Virus record (IMG/VR): IMGVR_UViG_3300025168_009799
Coordinates: 1-64,000 of that record
Strand: one strand, 5' to 3'
Source of the DNA: a virus
Length of the DNA stretch: 64,000 bases
The notes under the pieces were generated by a model that was given only the letters and a program-made list of their open reading frames with translations, did not search any database and was not told where the DNA came from. Shown here one piece after another: positions 27,801 through 36,408 of the stretch. The position numbers were made by a program, and so were the translations under genes. The stretch's first letter is position 1, and every line of letters begins with the position of its first letter.

Positions 27801-28583
27801 GCAGCTCATGGAAACTATAGAGTTAGTTTAGATTGTGCTTTACTTTTTACATCAGAAACGTTAGGAGGAACTCAGTCACCAGCAGTTGATGCTAATAACT
27901 ACTCAGAGTATTCTATGTTTCCTATAGCTATGTCAGCTGGAAAACATACTCTTTTAATTGAAGTTAAAAACTCTACGGTTAATAATGCAAATTATGCTGG
28001 CGGAATAGCGTTTGATTTATTCCAAGGTGAACTATCAAATGGTTTATCTGTAACAAGTGTATTTTCTACTGCTACTGTACAAGCTACTTTAGATCCTTAT
28101 CTTTTAGCAGATATAAATGGTAACCCAATTACTAGTAGAGATATTAATGGGGCAATGCATCATCCGTTTCAGTTTGGAATTACTGACGGTTATGAATGTG
28201 CGAGCGGATGTGCTAGAATAAATGGAGGAATTATTACTTGTCAAAGTGATGATACTGCTACTTGTGATTTACCAATCAATTGTCCAGAGTATTTGATTGA
28301 CTTAGTAGAATGTGTGGGTACTTTATCAAATGAAGTACACGCAAAAATGATCTCTGGATTATTAGGTAATAATCTATCAGTTAAAGAAGTGTGGCTGGTT
28401 ATGATTATAAAATATTTAATTAATCATCTAAACCCTTGCATATCTATGCAGGACTTACTATCTTGGACAAAATTTTTAGAAGACATCTGTCCGGACTGTG
28501 AATCTAGTACAAACATAACTGAAATACCTGAAGATCAGGGAACTCCGTATGGTGGAGGCAACTTAACAGAATTCGATTTTTAA
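21891..28583 (+). CDS. Giant fibre/adhesin with SprB-type repeats
   Basis: 2230 aa; repeated C...dGsI.lt..GG..pY.Y.W....l.aGtY.vtVtD.nGC units, e.g. GSINLTVAGGAPTYTYAWTGPSG...GLAVGTYNVTVTDSNGC. Confidence 0.8.
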   Translation: MPTTQPNGGISAASKQHTPEQTGYSYTINLVNCVSGRGSGPNAGSYRIFNTSCDFFESYYDAANTMNDPSLIGDGDVRPQFVVISIYNDDKNSWLEGQLNSGNLRFKLKTQGSNHPFNVNNMTLAYSEIADGICLPITNSYFQTAASNPYNDKMFVDNVNSTNRSADDLLATQMHPGQKSSWNSTNRTWAKRRTFVSKTPALGAVVDPTNGTGTGIEEVRYLQLKLQYYDAFLTQWSDLGPYQEHAVLINNFVNSTKQLALGGDNYDSPIERGAYLAKHIDSNQGWLPGGNNGTWGETLFNNISNFENVQVFAYNGVKSESSPGSSAHIDEIRQHTMEGWNAGYGTSCLQWGIGGSAIGGYLDKMHGSQGQASNSIYTVTSGDVSVASSMFSAEGIYNQFGSCTQGTNFKSNETGTNKHNLISLDDFYMCTELILNVIDDTQFGGGVGAGNTQFGSNPIIYNSPKCPHQNQWSQYVDLAIIPAPTNNFAAPKSELWFMTKVGNPGGWDKMFIYNNGSATPALSMAGNAYFYNGNLMHVGTNSNWEFVEPRALCVQQIKNHKSLYGVDITQWQLNGTHATCNSDGTLKVEIVYNYDPNWAALGPTTWSIPIECEIWDVTNATWYTSIFITLTEGQGGGPQSATITGVPPGTYTFGGASAGPVTSTEYFNETGDVFDGEGQIQAILTPSTYSFTVNSGATTFTPSITSTNVTCNGGQDGTITVNTNGAGFTNPVTVTCTPGSLGVGSTVIGPSNGFNFLFTGLNAGTHALSFLDGAGCTHTDSITITQPSSLWSVTDAATAPTTCIELNGSITLTPSNGTAPYSVTWTDPLGVVYGPTSSLTKTFPCRDGLWTYTITDSGGCPGITQTVTVPAAATSGIGNVLSWTDPTSVGGTDGTLDIFTAGQNQVICNIGTNNPSVTWTTTSAAGNQGASDTSCNPWSPTNTLLQYTGLAAGTITVTSCFNGCCETRDIDIVNPIALTCTATASIIACGTTTGTVTADTPTGGSTVNFDHYEYYLCTNSAMTTGCIGPQVSNVFSGLAAGTYYLTVTDWFGPGGTIIGQTSAPATATITTQQSPAAVFSATNALCSTLDGKITLDSVGAGTPPYQYYTTPASTGFQSGPIPWIVGTFINLPVDSYTIITEDANGCIDTDVVAITAPATIVIGTLTPTDATCGLNNNGTLAFTAASGGTGTLTYKVINAGGSAIATQTTTTTITGLASGTYTFEVSDASGCSESISFIIGITSLTLTTSKSDQSCNHPPSNDGSINLTVAGGAPTYTYAWTGPSGYTASTEDITGLAVGTYNVTVTDSNGCVGTTTVDILLSNDTLENLTLTEILSACPGGCAGVVVDVNGGDFPLYLEISENSGATWTRVSTVANTGAAQFNENTPAPFFGAGITINSANYFKENTPNRFCFTNGTTYQFRTLSVVNGCPSYVSNFSPSASNYIPQTLTETLTQATCCACNNSSCNGAINVVITNGVPIAQGAGGSPGTLSFDWILKKDGIDITSIVTYAVSCNGGCTNTEYNEIDFTDLYPGDYEFISTDDCGEVMTETWTMIDPRVYITNIVSSDQLCANGCADGTITITATGGTSGILEYSIDDGITWSSSNVFTGVGQGVWRVWARDPMCATQILFDPTDNVLTNANGCYSDYIAGIWPAGTSISVSSVSALDLQHISTTHNSLPGSTDGEIVVNITAGTAPYEISVVTAATSTPFDACTAQTSGVLTPGLSQYININGGPVDVSGITVLSAGGTVTLDNLSVAQNWNSAALEAWYRITVKDSTGCISSIESMVDNGTLGIIGIYSATDCDCNCPEGYSLITPAPTPPALPCAGLIDVAPIDHGLMDAPGSIQQFGGANGWTAQYGNPNGGVLYVDSVSNNATTFISTADTFYKSVGAGTAPYNMQFAGTSTVLIPALDSNSNVVQYGSIFSTRLFDIGIWLNQGQTVPALPINEWIGIPIEINFASQAKVILGIAAHGNYRVSLDCALLFTSETLGGTQSPAVDANNYSEYSMFPIAMSAGKHTLLIEVKNSTVNNANYAGGIAFDLFQGELSNGLSVTSVFSTATVQATLDPYLLADINGNPITSRDINGAMHHPFQFGITDGYECASGCARINGGIITCQSDDTATCDLPINCPEYLIDLVECVGTLSNEVHAKMISGLLGNNLSVKEVWLVMIIKYLINHLNPCISMQDLLSWTKFLEDICPDCESSTNITEIPEDQGTPYGGGNLTEFDF

Positions 28584-28594
28584 AATTATAAACA

Positions 28595-29932
28595 ATGGCA
28601 AACATAAGAAAATTAACAAGTAAAAAATTATCAGAATTATCCCTATCGAATAATTTTTTATATTTACAGAATACAGCTACAGGGATTGAAAACAAACTCT
28701 CACTTAGTGAGCTAGTAAATAAAGCTTTATCGGTAGGAGTTGGAGTACCTGTTTATACCGGACTTTCTGGGAGTACTCTTAATTTTAGAAGTTTATCAGC
28801 ATCTTTACCATTAACGGTTGAATCTAGCTCAACTAGTAATGAAATAAATATTGAATTTCTTACCTCTAGTTTAGATTTAGGAGTTTGTGATAATACGTCA
28901 TCTTTATTTTTATCTACTGTTAATTTAACAACAAATGTTGGTGCAACTATTTTACCTGTAGCTAATGGTGGAACAGGGGCTGCAACTTTAACTGATGGAG
29001 GTATATTGTTAGGGAGTGGTACAGGCGCTATTACAGCAATGGCAGCTCTTGCAGCTGGGACTATTATACAAGGAGATGGAACTACGGATCCTACAACTTT
29101 AGCGATAGGAACGGCTGGGCACGTATTAACTGTTAATTCAGGAGCAACAGCAGTAGAATGGACAGCAGCTGGGGTAGCAGATAATTTAGGGAATCATACA
29201 GCTACTACTACCCTAAACATGGCTAGTAATAATATTGACTTAGGAACAGGTGTAATAAACTATACAGGTGCAGATGTTTTAGGGTTATCCTTTGACTCAA
29301 ATAATAGAGGACATTTTATTCCAACTGGAGCTACAGCTACGGGCGGAACAGGAGCTTTAAACTTATCTGGAAGTATGCATTTAAAAGGAGATGTTGCTAG
29401 ATCAATATCTATGTTAGCACCAGCTTCTGGTACTGGACAAACTTTAGGTATTTATGGAGCTACCGCAGGAACAACGTCATCTGACGGAGGTGCGATTGTA
29501 CTTAAAGCAGGAAATACTACAACTGGTACAGGAGGAGATTTGAAATTATATGGAGGAGACTCAACCGAAGGAAGTAATGGAGATGTTACACTATATACTG
29601 GGACTACTGCTGATACTACGTTCCCAATATTAAGAGTGACTCCAACTAAGAGAGTTTCTATACAAAATAGCGCAGCAGAAGTTGCTCCTACATCATTATT
29701 AGATGTAAGACAATTAGAAGCAGCTGGCGCGATTACAACATTAAGACTGCAACAAGCTGATCAAGATGTGGCATTTGCGCACTTTGAAGGAACATCAGCA
29801 GCAGATAGTACAACAAATATTTCTACATCTACAGCTGTAGCGGCTGCTAAGAGTGGAGCTTTAAAAATAACTTTCAATAATGGAGGTGAAGTAGTAGAGG
29901 CATGGTTAAGGACCTATGCATCTGCAGTATAA
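28595..29932 (+). CDS. Tail fibre/spike-like protein
   Basis: 445 aa Gly/Thr/Ala-rich; LNFRSL, LPVANGGTGA, DNLGNHTAT fibre-type segments. Confidence 0.7.
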   Translation: MANIRKLTSKKLSELSLSNNFLYLQNTATGIENKLSLSELVNKALSVGVGVPVYTGLSGSTLNFRSLSASLPLTVESSSTSNEINIEFLTSSLDLGVCDNTSSLFLSTVNLTTNVGATILPVANGGTGAATLTDGGILLGSGTGAITAMAALAAGTIIQGDGTTDPTTLAIGTAGHVLTVNSGATAVEWTAAGVADNLGNHTATTTLNMASNNIDLGTGVINYTGADVLGLSFDSNNRGHFIPTGATATGGTGALNLSGSMHLKGDVARSISMLAPASGTGQTLGIYGATAGTTSSDGGAIVLKAGNTTTGTGGDLKLYGGDSTEGSNGDVTLYTGTTADTTFPILRVTPTKRVSIQNSAAEVAPTSLLDVRQLEAAGAITTLRLQQADQDVAFAHFEGTSAADSTTNISTSTAVAAAKSGALKITFNNGGEVVEAWLRTYASAV

Positions 29933-29967
29933 AAGGAAAACTAAATTTTAATTAAATAATAACAAAC

Positions 29968-30426
29968 ATGACAACAACAATTTTAGAAACACCAAACACA
30001 ATGAACAAAACGTCTTATACATACACTGATTTAGCAAACTTGTTAACAGGTTTATCAGAAGTAGAAAATTTAAAAGGAGTTAAATTTGCTTTAAAAGTAT
30101 CTAAGAATATTAGATTAATTAGAGCTGAGTTAGTTGAATTAGAAGAAGCAGCTAAACCTTCAGCTGAATTCTTAACGTTAGCGGAGAAGGTTCAAGCAAT
30201 TGAAGCAGACCCTTCAAAATCTGACGAAGTAAAGAAGTTAGATGTAGGAAAATTAGAAAAAGATAATAAAGAATTGGTTACAGAAAGAAAAGATCAAATT
30301 GCAGAATTTCAAAAAATGATGCAAGATACAACAGATATATCTTTATTTAAACTTTCAGAAAACCATTTACCTTTAGAAATTACAGCTAAACAATTAAATG
30401 ATATTAGTTTAATAATAAAAGAATAA
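29968..30426 (+). CDS. Helical hypothetical protein (possible fibre chaperone)
   Basis: 152-aa coiled coil following a fibre gene. Confidence 0.6.
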   Translation: MTTTILETPNTMNKTSYTYTDLANLLTGLSEVENLKGVKFALKVSKNIRLIRAELVELEEAAKPSAEFLTLAEKVQAIEADPSKSDEVKKLDVGKLEKDNKELVTERKDQIAEFQKMMQDTTDISLFKLSENHLPLEITAKQLNDISLIIKE

Positions 30427-30430
30427 TAAT

Positions 30431-30844
30431 ATGAGTGCAAAAGGAAATAAATTTCCAGATAATTTGGTAAAAAAACCAGATGATATACGAACTAACGAAG
30501 AACAGTTATTAAACGCTCCTTATGGACAACAAGGAGCAGTTATTCTTTGTGAAACTTCTAATGTTTGTGATGGGTTGCAGTCTCAAGTAGTAGGAGATTT
30601 TTATTGTATTATAGCAATAAAAGATGATGTAATGTTATATGCTTGTCAAACTGAAGTTAATTGGGATCAGAATGAAGATGGAATAGTAATGGGTCAACAA
30701 CCACAACAGCAACCGAATGGATGGGAGAAAGATTTTATGATGCCTGTAGGATTACCATTTTATGGGAATTTTACAAAGGTAGGATTAAAAACAGTTGTAG
30801 GAGAAGTTGCAGGAGATCCAAAATTAATAGCATATTATAAATAA
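30431..30844 (+). CDS. Hypothetical structural protein
   Basis: 137 aa; PVGLPFYGNFTKV...LIAYYK. Confidence 0.6.
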   Translation: MSAKGNKFPDNLVKKPDDIRTNEEQLLNAPYGQQGAVILCETSNVCDGLQSQVVGDFYCIIAIKDDVMLYACQTEVNWDQNEDGIVMGQQPQQQPNGWEKDFMMPVGLPFYGNFTKVGLKTVVGEVAGDPKLIAYYK

Positions 30845-31113
30845 TGGGAATAACACAAAATGCATTAGGAATAAGTCTTGTAAGGTTGCGCGCACATGTT
30901 GTCGCAGCTTTAGGGACATTTCCTCATTATCCTGATTGCTTTTTTGAGCATACATTATTAGCAGATGAATTAATGCCTCAATTAACAATTGTAGATTTTT
31001 GTGATACTTTTGATTTAGATAGTAATGGAGATATAATGCCAGAAGTTAATCCATATCCGTCCGGACATTTTGATACAGATGCTAATGATGATATACAACC
31101 AGAACCATATTAA
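30844..31113 (+). CDS. Small acidic hypothetical protein
   Basis: 89 aa; repeated FDLDSNGDIMP / FDTDANDDIQP. Confidence 0.6.
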   Translation: MGITQNALGISLVRLRAHVVAALGTFPHYPDCFFEHTLLADELMPQLTIVDFCDTFDLDSNGDIMPEVNPYPSGHFDTDANDDIQPEPY

Positions 31114-31124
31114 AATAATAAGAT

Positions 31125-33146
31125 ATGCCAACAAAAAAATTAGTACCAAGAGATAATAATGAAGGAGGTTTAGGAACTGCCGCTAAAACGTGGGGAGCTT
31201 CATGGCTACAAAATCTAGTTATAACTAATCTTCAAACTACTACTTCATTAAGTGTGCTTGTAGAAACGGCAGGTAATGTAGAAAAAAGAAGTGCCGGCAG
31301 TTTATGTACTAATGTTACAGATACAGAGAGTGCTACAACTTGGGTAGGGTTATATGAAGCAGCTACTGGGTGTTTAATGCCATTTACAGACGAACAATTT
31401 CGTTTTGATGCCTCTACAGGTAAACTATATCTTGGGGGAACAGGAGCTCTTGACTCTTTAATAGTATGGAGTCAGAATATATATTCTCATGCAGACTTTG
31501 TAATTGAATCAGGAAATACATCAAGTATTACACTTTCTGCAACTGAGGGTACTACATTCTTTACCGGTATTGGAGGAGCTGCAACAATGAAGATAAACGG
31601 TAACGGTTTATTTATTAATAATATCCCAACTGAAGCTACGCCAACACATATGTTAGTAGATAATACTACTACTGCTGGATTAGTAAGTAAAGCAGCAGTT
31701 GGTTCTTTAGGGATTAATGTAGCAGACACGGAAGATACAACTTGTTTTGTAGGACTTTGGGAGGCTGCTACAGGTACGTTATTACCTAAAACTGATGAGC
31801 AATTTCGTTTTGACGCACAAAAAGGAATTCTTTACATAGGAGGAACGGCACCTGCTGACTCTTTACTGATACAAAAGCAGCTTATAAAAGCGTATGCAGA
31901 TACAATTATCGAAGCATCTAACGGATCTTCTATAACTATTGATTCTACATTTGGGGAGACGTATTTCTACGGAGGTGTTTTCGGACTACTAGGAAGTATA
32001 TCAAATACAGGATTATCTATTAGTAACATACCAGTTGAATCTAGCCCAGTTAATATATTAGTAGATAACGTTGCAGCTCCAGGATTAGTTAGTAAAATGC
32101 CATTATCGACATTACCTACAACATTAATAAAAGTTTTAGACACAGAAGTTACTACATGTTTTGTAGGACTATGGGAAAGCGCTACTGGAAATTTAGCACC
32201 TAAAACTGATGAAGGATTAACATATAATGCTCAGACAGGATCTGAAGTTCTTAGTATTGCAGGAGATATACTAATGGGAGATGGGACACATAATGATCTG
32301 GCTACTATCGATGTAAAAGTTGGTAATGCTGGTATTGGTGGTAATCGACTTGTGTTAAATGCAGGAGATTCTGGAGCCGGTACAAACCTAACTTGTGGAA
32401 ATGTACAACTTACTACTGGTTTAGGTACAGGTACAGGTAATAATCCAATTATTGATTTCGTTGGGACAAAACAAGTAGCTTCTGGAACAGGTCAACAGGC
32501 TACTCAAACTATGGCATATTTTCAACATTTTGGAGATGGAGGCGCTTCGTCTTATAATCATTTACGAATTGTTAGTCCTCAAGATGGAAACGATTTATTT
32601 GATGTTGCTACTTATGCAGACGGAGCTACTGTAATTAAAACACAGGATAATGCTGCAGCTGCGGCTCATTTAGTTTTAGATTCAGATGGAGATACAAGTT
32701 TTAAGAAAACAGGTACTACATTAGCAACAGTTGAATCTTTAAGAACAGAGTCATTCTTATTAGCAGCTTCTGATGAAAGTACACTTTTAGTTGCAGGACT
32801 TAGAAAAGTTAGATTTAGAATACCTTATGCATTTACATTAACAAATGTAAGATTAAGTTGTAATGAAGCTCCTACAGGATCGGATATCCTAACAGTAGAT
32901 ATAACTAAGGACGGAGTAAGTATTTTTGATGATGGTACAAATAATGGTGTTAGACCTACAATAGCTGCTTCTGCATTGACTTCTGTTGGAGGTACTGCAC
33001 ATGTTTTTGCAACAGGTGGTGGAGCAGTTACATCTACAGTTGCTATTGCAGACGACTCTATTATAGGAGTAGATCTAGATGTAATAGGAAGCACACTTGC
33101 AGGAAGAGGATTAAAAGTTACATTAATAGGACATAAAACAGTATAA
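31125..33146 (+). CDS. Tail fibre-like protein with three internal repeats
   Basis: 673 aa; three DTE.tt.fVGLwE.ATG.L.PkTDE units; C-terminal FRIPYAFTLTNVRLS...GRGLKVTLIG domain. Confidence 0.75.
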   Translation: MPTKKLVPRDNNEGGLGTAAKTWGASWLQNLVITNLQTTTSLSVLVETAGNVEKRSAGSLCTNVTDTESATTWVGLYEAATGCLMPFTDEQFRFDASTGKLYLGGTGALDSLIVWSQNIYSHADFVIESGNTSSITLSATEGTTFFTGIGGAATMKINGNGLFINNIPTEATPTHMLVDNTTTAGLVSKAAVGSLGINVADTEDTTCFVGLWEAATGTLLPKTDEQFRFDAQKGILYIGGTAPADSLLIQKQLIKAYADTIIEASNGSSITIDSTFGETYFYGGVFGLLGSISNTGLSISNIPVESSPVNILVDNVAAPGLVSKMPLSTLPTTLIKVLDTEVTTCFVGLWESATGNLAPKTDEGLTYNAQTGSEVLSIAGDILMGDGTHNDLATIDVKVGNAGIGGNRLVLNAGDSGAGTNLTCGNVQLTTGLGTGTGNNPIIDFVGTKQVASGTGQQATQTMAYFQHFGDGGASSYNHLRIVSPQDGNDLFDVATYADGATVIKTQDNAAAAAHLVLDSDGDTSFKKTGTTLATVESLRTESFLLAASDESTLLVAGLRKVRFRIPYAFTLTNVRLSCNEAPTGSDILTVDITKDGVSIFDDGTNNGVRPTIAASALTSVGGTAHVFATGGGAVTSTVAIADDSIIGVDLDVIGSTLAGRGLKVTLIGHKTV

Positions 33147-33148
33147 AT

Positions 33149-33841
33149 ATGATAAATTCTCATCTACCATATTACGCTCCATTTTTAGAAGGTTCTGATT
33201 TAGTGCTTTGGTTAAATTTAGATCCTGATTATAGAACTACAGCTACTACTGTAAACGATTGGAAGAATTATAAGAAAGTCTCTGATGTATTTTCTCAATC
33301 AAATGCTTCAAGACGTCCTACAGATAACGGTACACATATAACATTTGATGGAGGCGATAATTTAGCATGTAATGTAGATAGAGTTTTAGATGTTAGTGCT
33401 ACAGGATGGACTGTATGTTCGAGATACACAGAAACTGATTGGACATCAAATTCTACGCTAGCCTCTGATAACGATACTAATAACTCATTTATAAAAAATG
33501 TAGGTAATAGTATTTCAGTAAAAGCAACTGGTACTAGTGGAACACAAACAAAGGTTATAAATTTTGATGCTCCTACAAATTTAGTAGATAGTCAAATTTA
33601 TAATATAGCAGTAACATGTACTACTGCAGGACTGTTAACAGTTTATATAGACGGAGTAGCACAAGCAGATACTGCTACTTTTGGTGATGATACTTATGAT
33701 ATAACAATGTCAGAAGTAGGAGGAAAAAACGGAAATAGCTGGATGATGGTAGGAGATATACAAGAAATAATAGTGTATCATCGGCCTTTGTCTCAAGCAA
33801 ATATTACAGATCTTAACACATATTTAAATAATAAATTTTAA
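33149..33841 (+). CDS. Concanavalin A / LamG-like domain protein
   Basis: LVLWL, ITFDG, LTVYIDGV, GDIQEIIVYHRPLS...YLNNKF. Confidence 0.8.
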   Translation: MINSHLPYYAPFLEGSDLVLWLNLDPDYRTTATTVNDWKNYKKVSDVFSQSNASRRPTDNGTHITFDGGDNLACNVDRVLDVSATGWTVCSRYTETDWTSNSTLASDNDTNNSFIKNVGNSISVKATGTSGTQTKVINFDAPTNLVDSQIYNIAVTCTTAGLLTVYIDGVAQADTATFGDDTYDITMSEVGGKNGNSWMMVGDIQEIIVYHRPLSQANITDLNTYLNNKF

Positions 33842-33860
33842 TAACAATAAATAAAAAACA

Positions 33861-34301
33861 ATGGCAAATTTAACAGTAAAAACAGTTTTATCTAGTGCAG
33901 ACCTTCTGGGAATTCCTTTAGATATACACTCTAAAATATCTCTTTCAGGTAATGGAAAAGGTAAATCGTTTAGTAAATTTACTACACAGACTGCTACGGG
34001 CACACCTGTTGCATTACCAGCTAGTGCTTTTTCAAGTACTGATAAAAGAGTATTTATCTATATAAAAAATAGCGGTGTAGATGCTACCCATTATGTTAAT
34101 CTTTGGGTTAAAAATACATTATCAGCTGCAACATTAAATGCTACTGATTGTACTAGTTGTGGAGATTACACTCAGTATATACAGATAGCAGAAATTCCAG
34201 CAGGAGGAGTAATTTTATTACCTTTTGCAGGGCATGATTATATATATATAGATGCAGCTGCAGGAACTCCAGAAGTAGAATACTTAATAATGGAAGAATA
34301 A
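33861..34301 (+). CDS. Hypothetical structural protein
   Basis: 146 aa beta-rich; FIYIKN...PEVEY. Confidence 0.6.
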   Translation: MANLTVKTVLSSADLLGIPLDIHSKISLSGNGKGKSFSKFTTQTATGTPVALPASAFSSTDKRVFIYIKNSGVDATHYVNLWVKNTLSAATLNATDCTSCGDYTQYIQIAEIPAGGVILLPFAGHDYIYIDAAAGTPEVEYLIMEE

Positions 34302-34304
34302 TAT

Positions 34305-35390
34305 ATGAAGAATTTCTTAATATTTTTATTACTAGTATGTTCAACTAGTTTATATTCTCAAGATGTAGATTTTAAAGAGCTTATTAAAAAGCAATTGAAA
34401 TTCTCTACGGTTTATGGGGCTGTAAATGGAGGAACTTCTGTATCAGATGTTAATAGATTTTCTGTTTTAGATGGGCTACAAACATCTATTATAGAGACTC
34501 CTTATGATTACTCTGTTACTTTTGGATTAAGAAAAATAGCAAGATTTGGTTATGAGAATAAAGCACAAACATTTTATGATGGTACAGAGTCTAATTATAG
34601 TGATGCTGCTACAGTAGGAAAAGTAAGAGGATTTGAATATTTATTTGAGATAGATTACGCTAGACAACAAGGGGTAGATTATATAGATCAGCATCATTTT
34701 ATTAGATATAGCTCTGATGATGATTGTGAGGGTCCTTATTGTATAGATCATTTTGCAGCTAAAGCAGAGTATTTAAAAGACGGATTTGCTGATATAGAAT
34801 ATTTTGAATTATCAGAAAGGTATAGAATAAAAAGAAATAGAGATTTAGCAATTAGTATAGGTGTAACACATAGATTAGCAGAACCATATGGGTACAACCC
34901 TTTAGATGAATGGATGTTAAGTAATGGTAATTTACACTATACATATTTAGCTATAGAAGAAGGATATACAATAGATGTACGTGCAAATGAATATAAAGAC
35001 CCTGATGGGAATGTAGTTGCTAATAGCGCAGAAGTATGGAAGGAAGTAGTAGTTCCACAAATACTATCTGACTATACTGAAAAGAAAAGAAATGAGTTAA
35101 AAAATATTATACAACATTCTCTTGTGATAGGATTTGATTATTATAAATATAATAAAAAAACATGGTTACATGCTTGGGGTAATTTAATGCCTTGGCATTA
35201 TAATGACGGTAACGAATTTTCATACCATAATTATATAACTGACGACCAATGGTATGATTATTCTGCTGGACTTATATATGGTATAAAGCATAGTAAAAAC
35301 TTAGGGTATTTTATTGAAGGAAAATATAATAAGTATTGGAATAGAGAATGGTATGATTTTAAATTAGGAATTAATTACGTAATATTTTAA
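34305..35390 (+). CDS. Secreted, putative outer-membrane beta-barrel protein
   Basis: Signal peptide MKNFLIFLLLVCSTSLYS-Q; Tyr-rich amphipathic strands; C-terminal FKLGINYVIF. Confidence 0.65.
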   Translation: MKNFLIFLLLVCSTSLYSQDVDFKELIKKQLKFSTVYGAVNGGTSVSDVNRFSVLDGLQTSIIETPYDYSVTFGLRKIARFGYENKAQTFYDGTESNYSDAATVGKVRGFEYLFEIDYARQQGVDYIDQHHFIRYSSDDDCEGPYCIDHFAAKAEYLKDGFADIEYFELSERYRIKRNRDLAISIGVTHRLAEPYGYNPLDEWMLSNGNLHYTYLAIEEGYTIDVRANEYKDPDGNVVANSAEVWKEVVVPQILSDYTEKKRNELKNIIQHSLVIGFDYYKYNKKTWLHAWGNLMPWHYNDGNEFSYHNYITDDQWYDYSAGLIYGIKHSKNLGYFIEGKYNKYWNREWYDFKLGINYVIF

Positions 35391-35401
35391 AAATAAAAAA
35401 A

Positions 35402-35506
35402 ATGAAAAAGAAAATTTGTAAATGGGTTCAAGCTATAACATTTGGATTAATATGTTTTGGTTGGTGTGTATGTGAGTGTGGTAAAGATAATTGTTGTCAA
35501 GCGTAA
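35402..35506 (+). CDS. 34-aa Cys-rich peptide (not in ORF track)
   Basis: MKKKICKWVQAITFGLICFGWCVCECGKDNCCQA; A-rich leader; TAATG overlap with the next gene. Confidence 0.6.
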   Translation: MKKKICKWVQAITFGLICFGWCVCECGKDNCCQA

Positions 35507-35748
35507 TGAAAACTAGTGTGAAAGACGAAATAATATTAATGGAACATAGAATGAATTCAATGGAAGATAAAATGGATAAAATAGATTCTAAGTTGGATAT
35601 GCTAACTGAAAAATTATTAGACCCAGATTATGGTGTAACAGCTAGAGTAAACAGAAATACTACTCATCGTAAATTAATGAGTAAGGCTTTATGGGTTATC
35701 TATGCTGTAGTAATAGGTGTAGTTATTAAATTGGTATGGAATGGCTAA
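35506..35748 (+). CDS. Coiled-coil protein with C-terminal transmembrane helix (holin/hemolysin-like)
   Basis: ATG at 35506; MNSMEDKMDKIDSKLDML then ALWVIYAVVIGVVIKLVW. Confidence 0.65.
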   Translation: MKTSVKDEIILMEHRMNSMEDKMDKIDSKLDMLTEKLLDPDYGVTARVNRNTTHRKLMSKALWVIYAVVIGVVIKLVWNG

Positions 35749-36052
35749 AGAATTAAACGAAAATACAACATTTAATATGAGTGTGAAAACAATGCTAGCT
35801 TTAGGGTTTGGCATTGCTACTTTAATAGCTGGGTGGTATTCATTAATGGCTGAGATACAAGAAGCTAAAGAAACTCCAACTCCAATTACTATTGAAGAAA
35901 TAATTAAGGAGATACCAGAGGCTGAAATAACTAGAATGGAGTTTGATATGAAAGATCAGATGATTAGACAAACTATTATGACAACTCAATCTGATGTCGA
36001 AGAAATGAAAAAAACTCTTGAAAAGATAGAGGATAAACTTTATAATAGATGA
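35741..36052 (+). CDS. N-terminal transmembrane helix plus coiled-coil protein
   Basis: MLALGFGIATLIAGWYSL followed by a coiled coil. Confidence 0.65.
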   Translation: MAKELNENTTFNMSVKTMLALGFGIATLIAGWYSLMAEIQEAKETPTPITIEEIIKEIPEAEITRMEFDMKDQMIRQTIMTTQSDVEEMKKTLEKIEDKLYNR

Positions 36053-36408
36053 AAGACAAGATTACATGGAAGATGTTTACTCTGTATATGTTAATTATTG
36101 CTTTCATGTTAGTATGTAGCGGAGCGTTTGCTCAAGTTCAAGTAGCATATTTTAATGCTAGTTGGAATAACGCTAATGATGTTAAATGGGTAAATAAGTT
36201 AACTGATGTAAAAACTTTTAACTTTATAGATATAAGTAACGATACAGAACTACAGAAGAAGCATAAAATAGCAGTTGTACCTACTATTATAGTATTTAAA
36301 GATAATGTAGAAGTTGTTAGGTTTCAAGCTGATTTAAGTTTTAAAATGGTAGCAACAAGAGAAGAAGTACAAGAAGAAATAGATAACCAATTAATGAGTG
36401 ATTTTTAA
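36049..36408 (+). CDS. Secreted thioredoxin-fold protein lacking CXXC
   Basis: Signal/TM segment; VAYFNASWN in place of F.a.WC..C; IAVVPTIIVFKD...VVRF cis-Pro loop. Confidence 0.75.
   Translation: MKDKITWKMFTLYMLIIAFMLVCSGAFAQVQVAYFNASWNNANDVKWVNKLTDVKTFNFIDISNDTELQKKHKIAVVPTIIVFKDNVEVVRFQADLSFKMVATREEVQEEIDNQLMSDF

Noticed and set aside
21891-33841. Diversity-generating retroelement acting on fibre genes
   Set aside because: No reverse transcriptase and no TR/VR pair differing at adenines was noticed in the window
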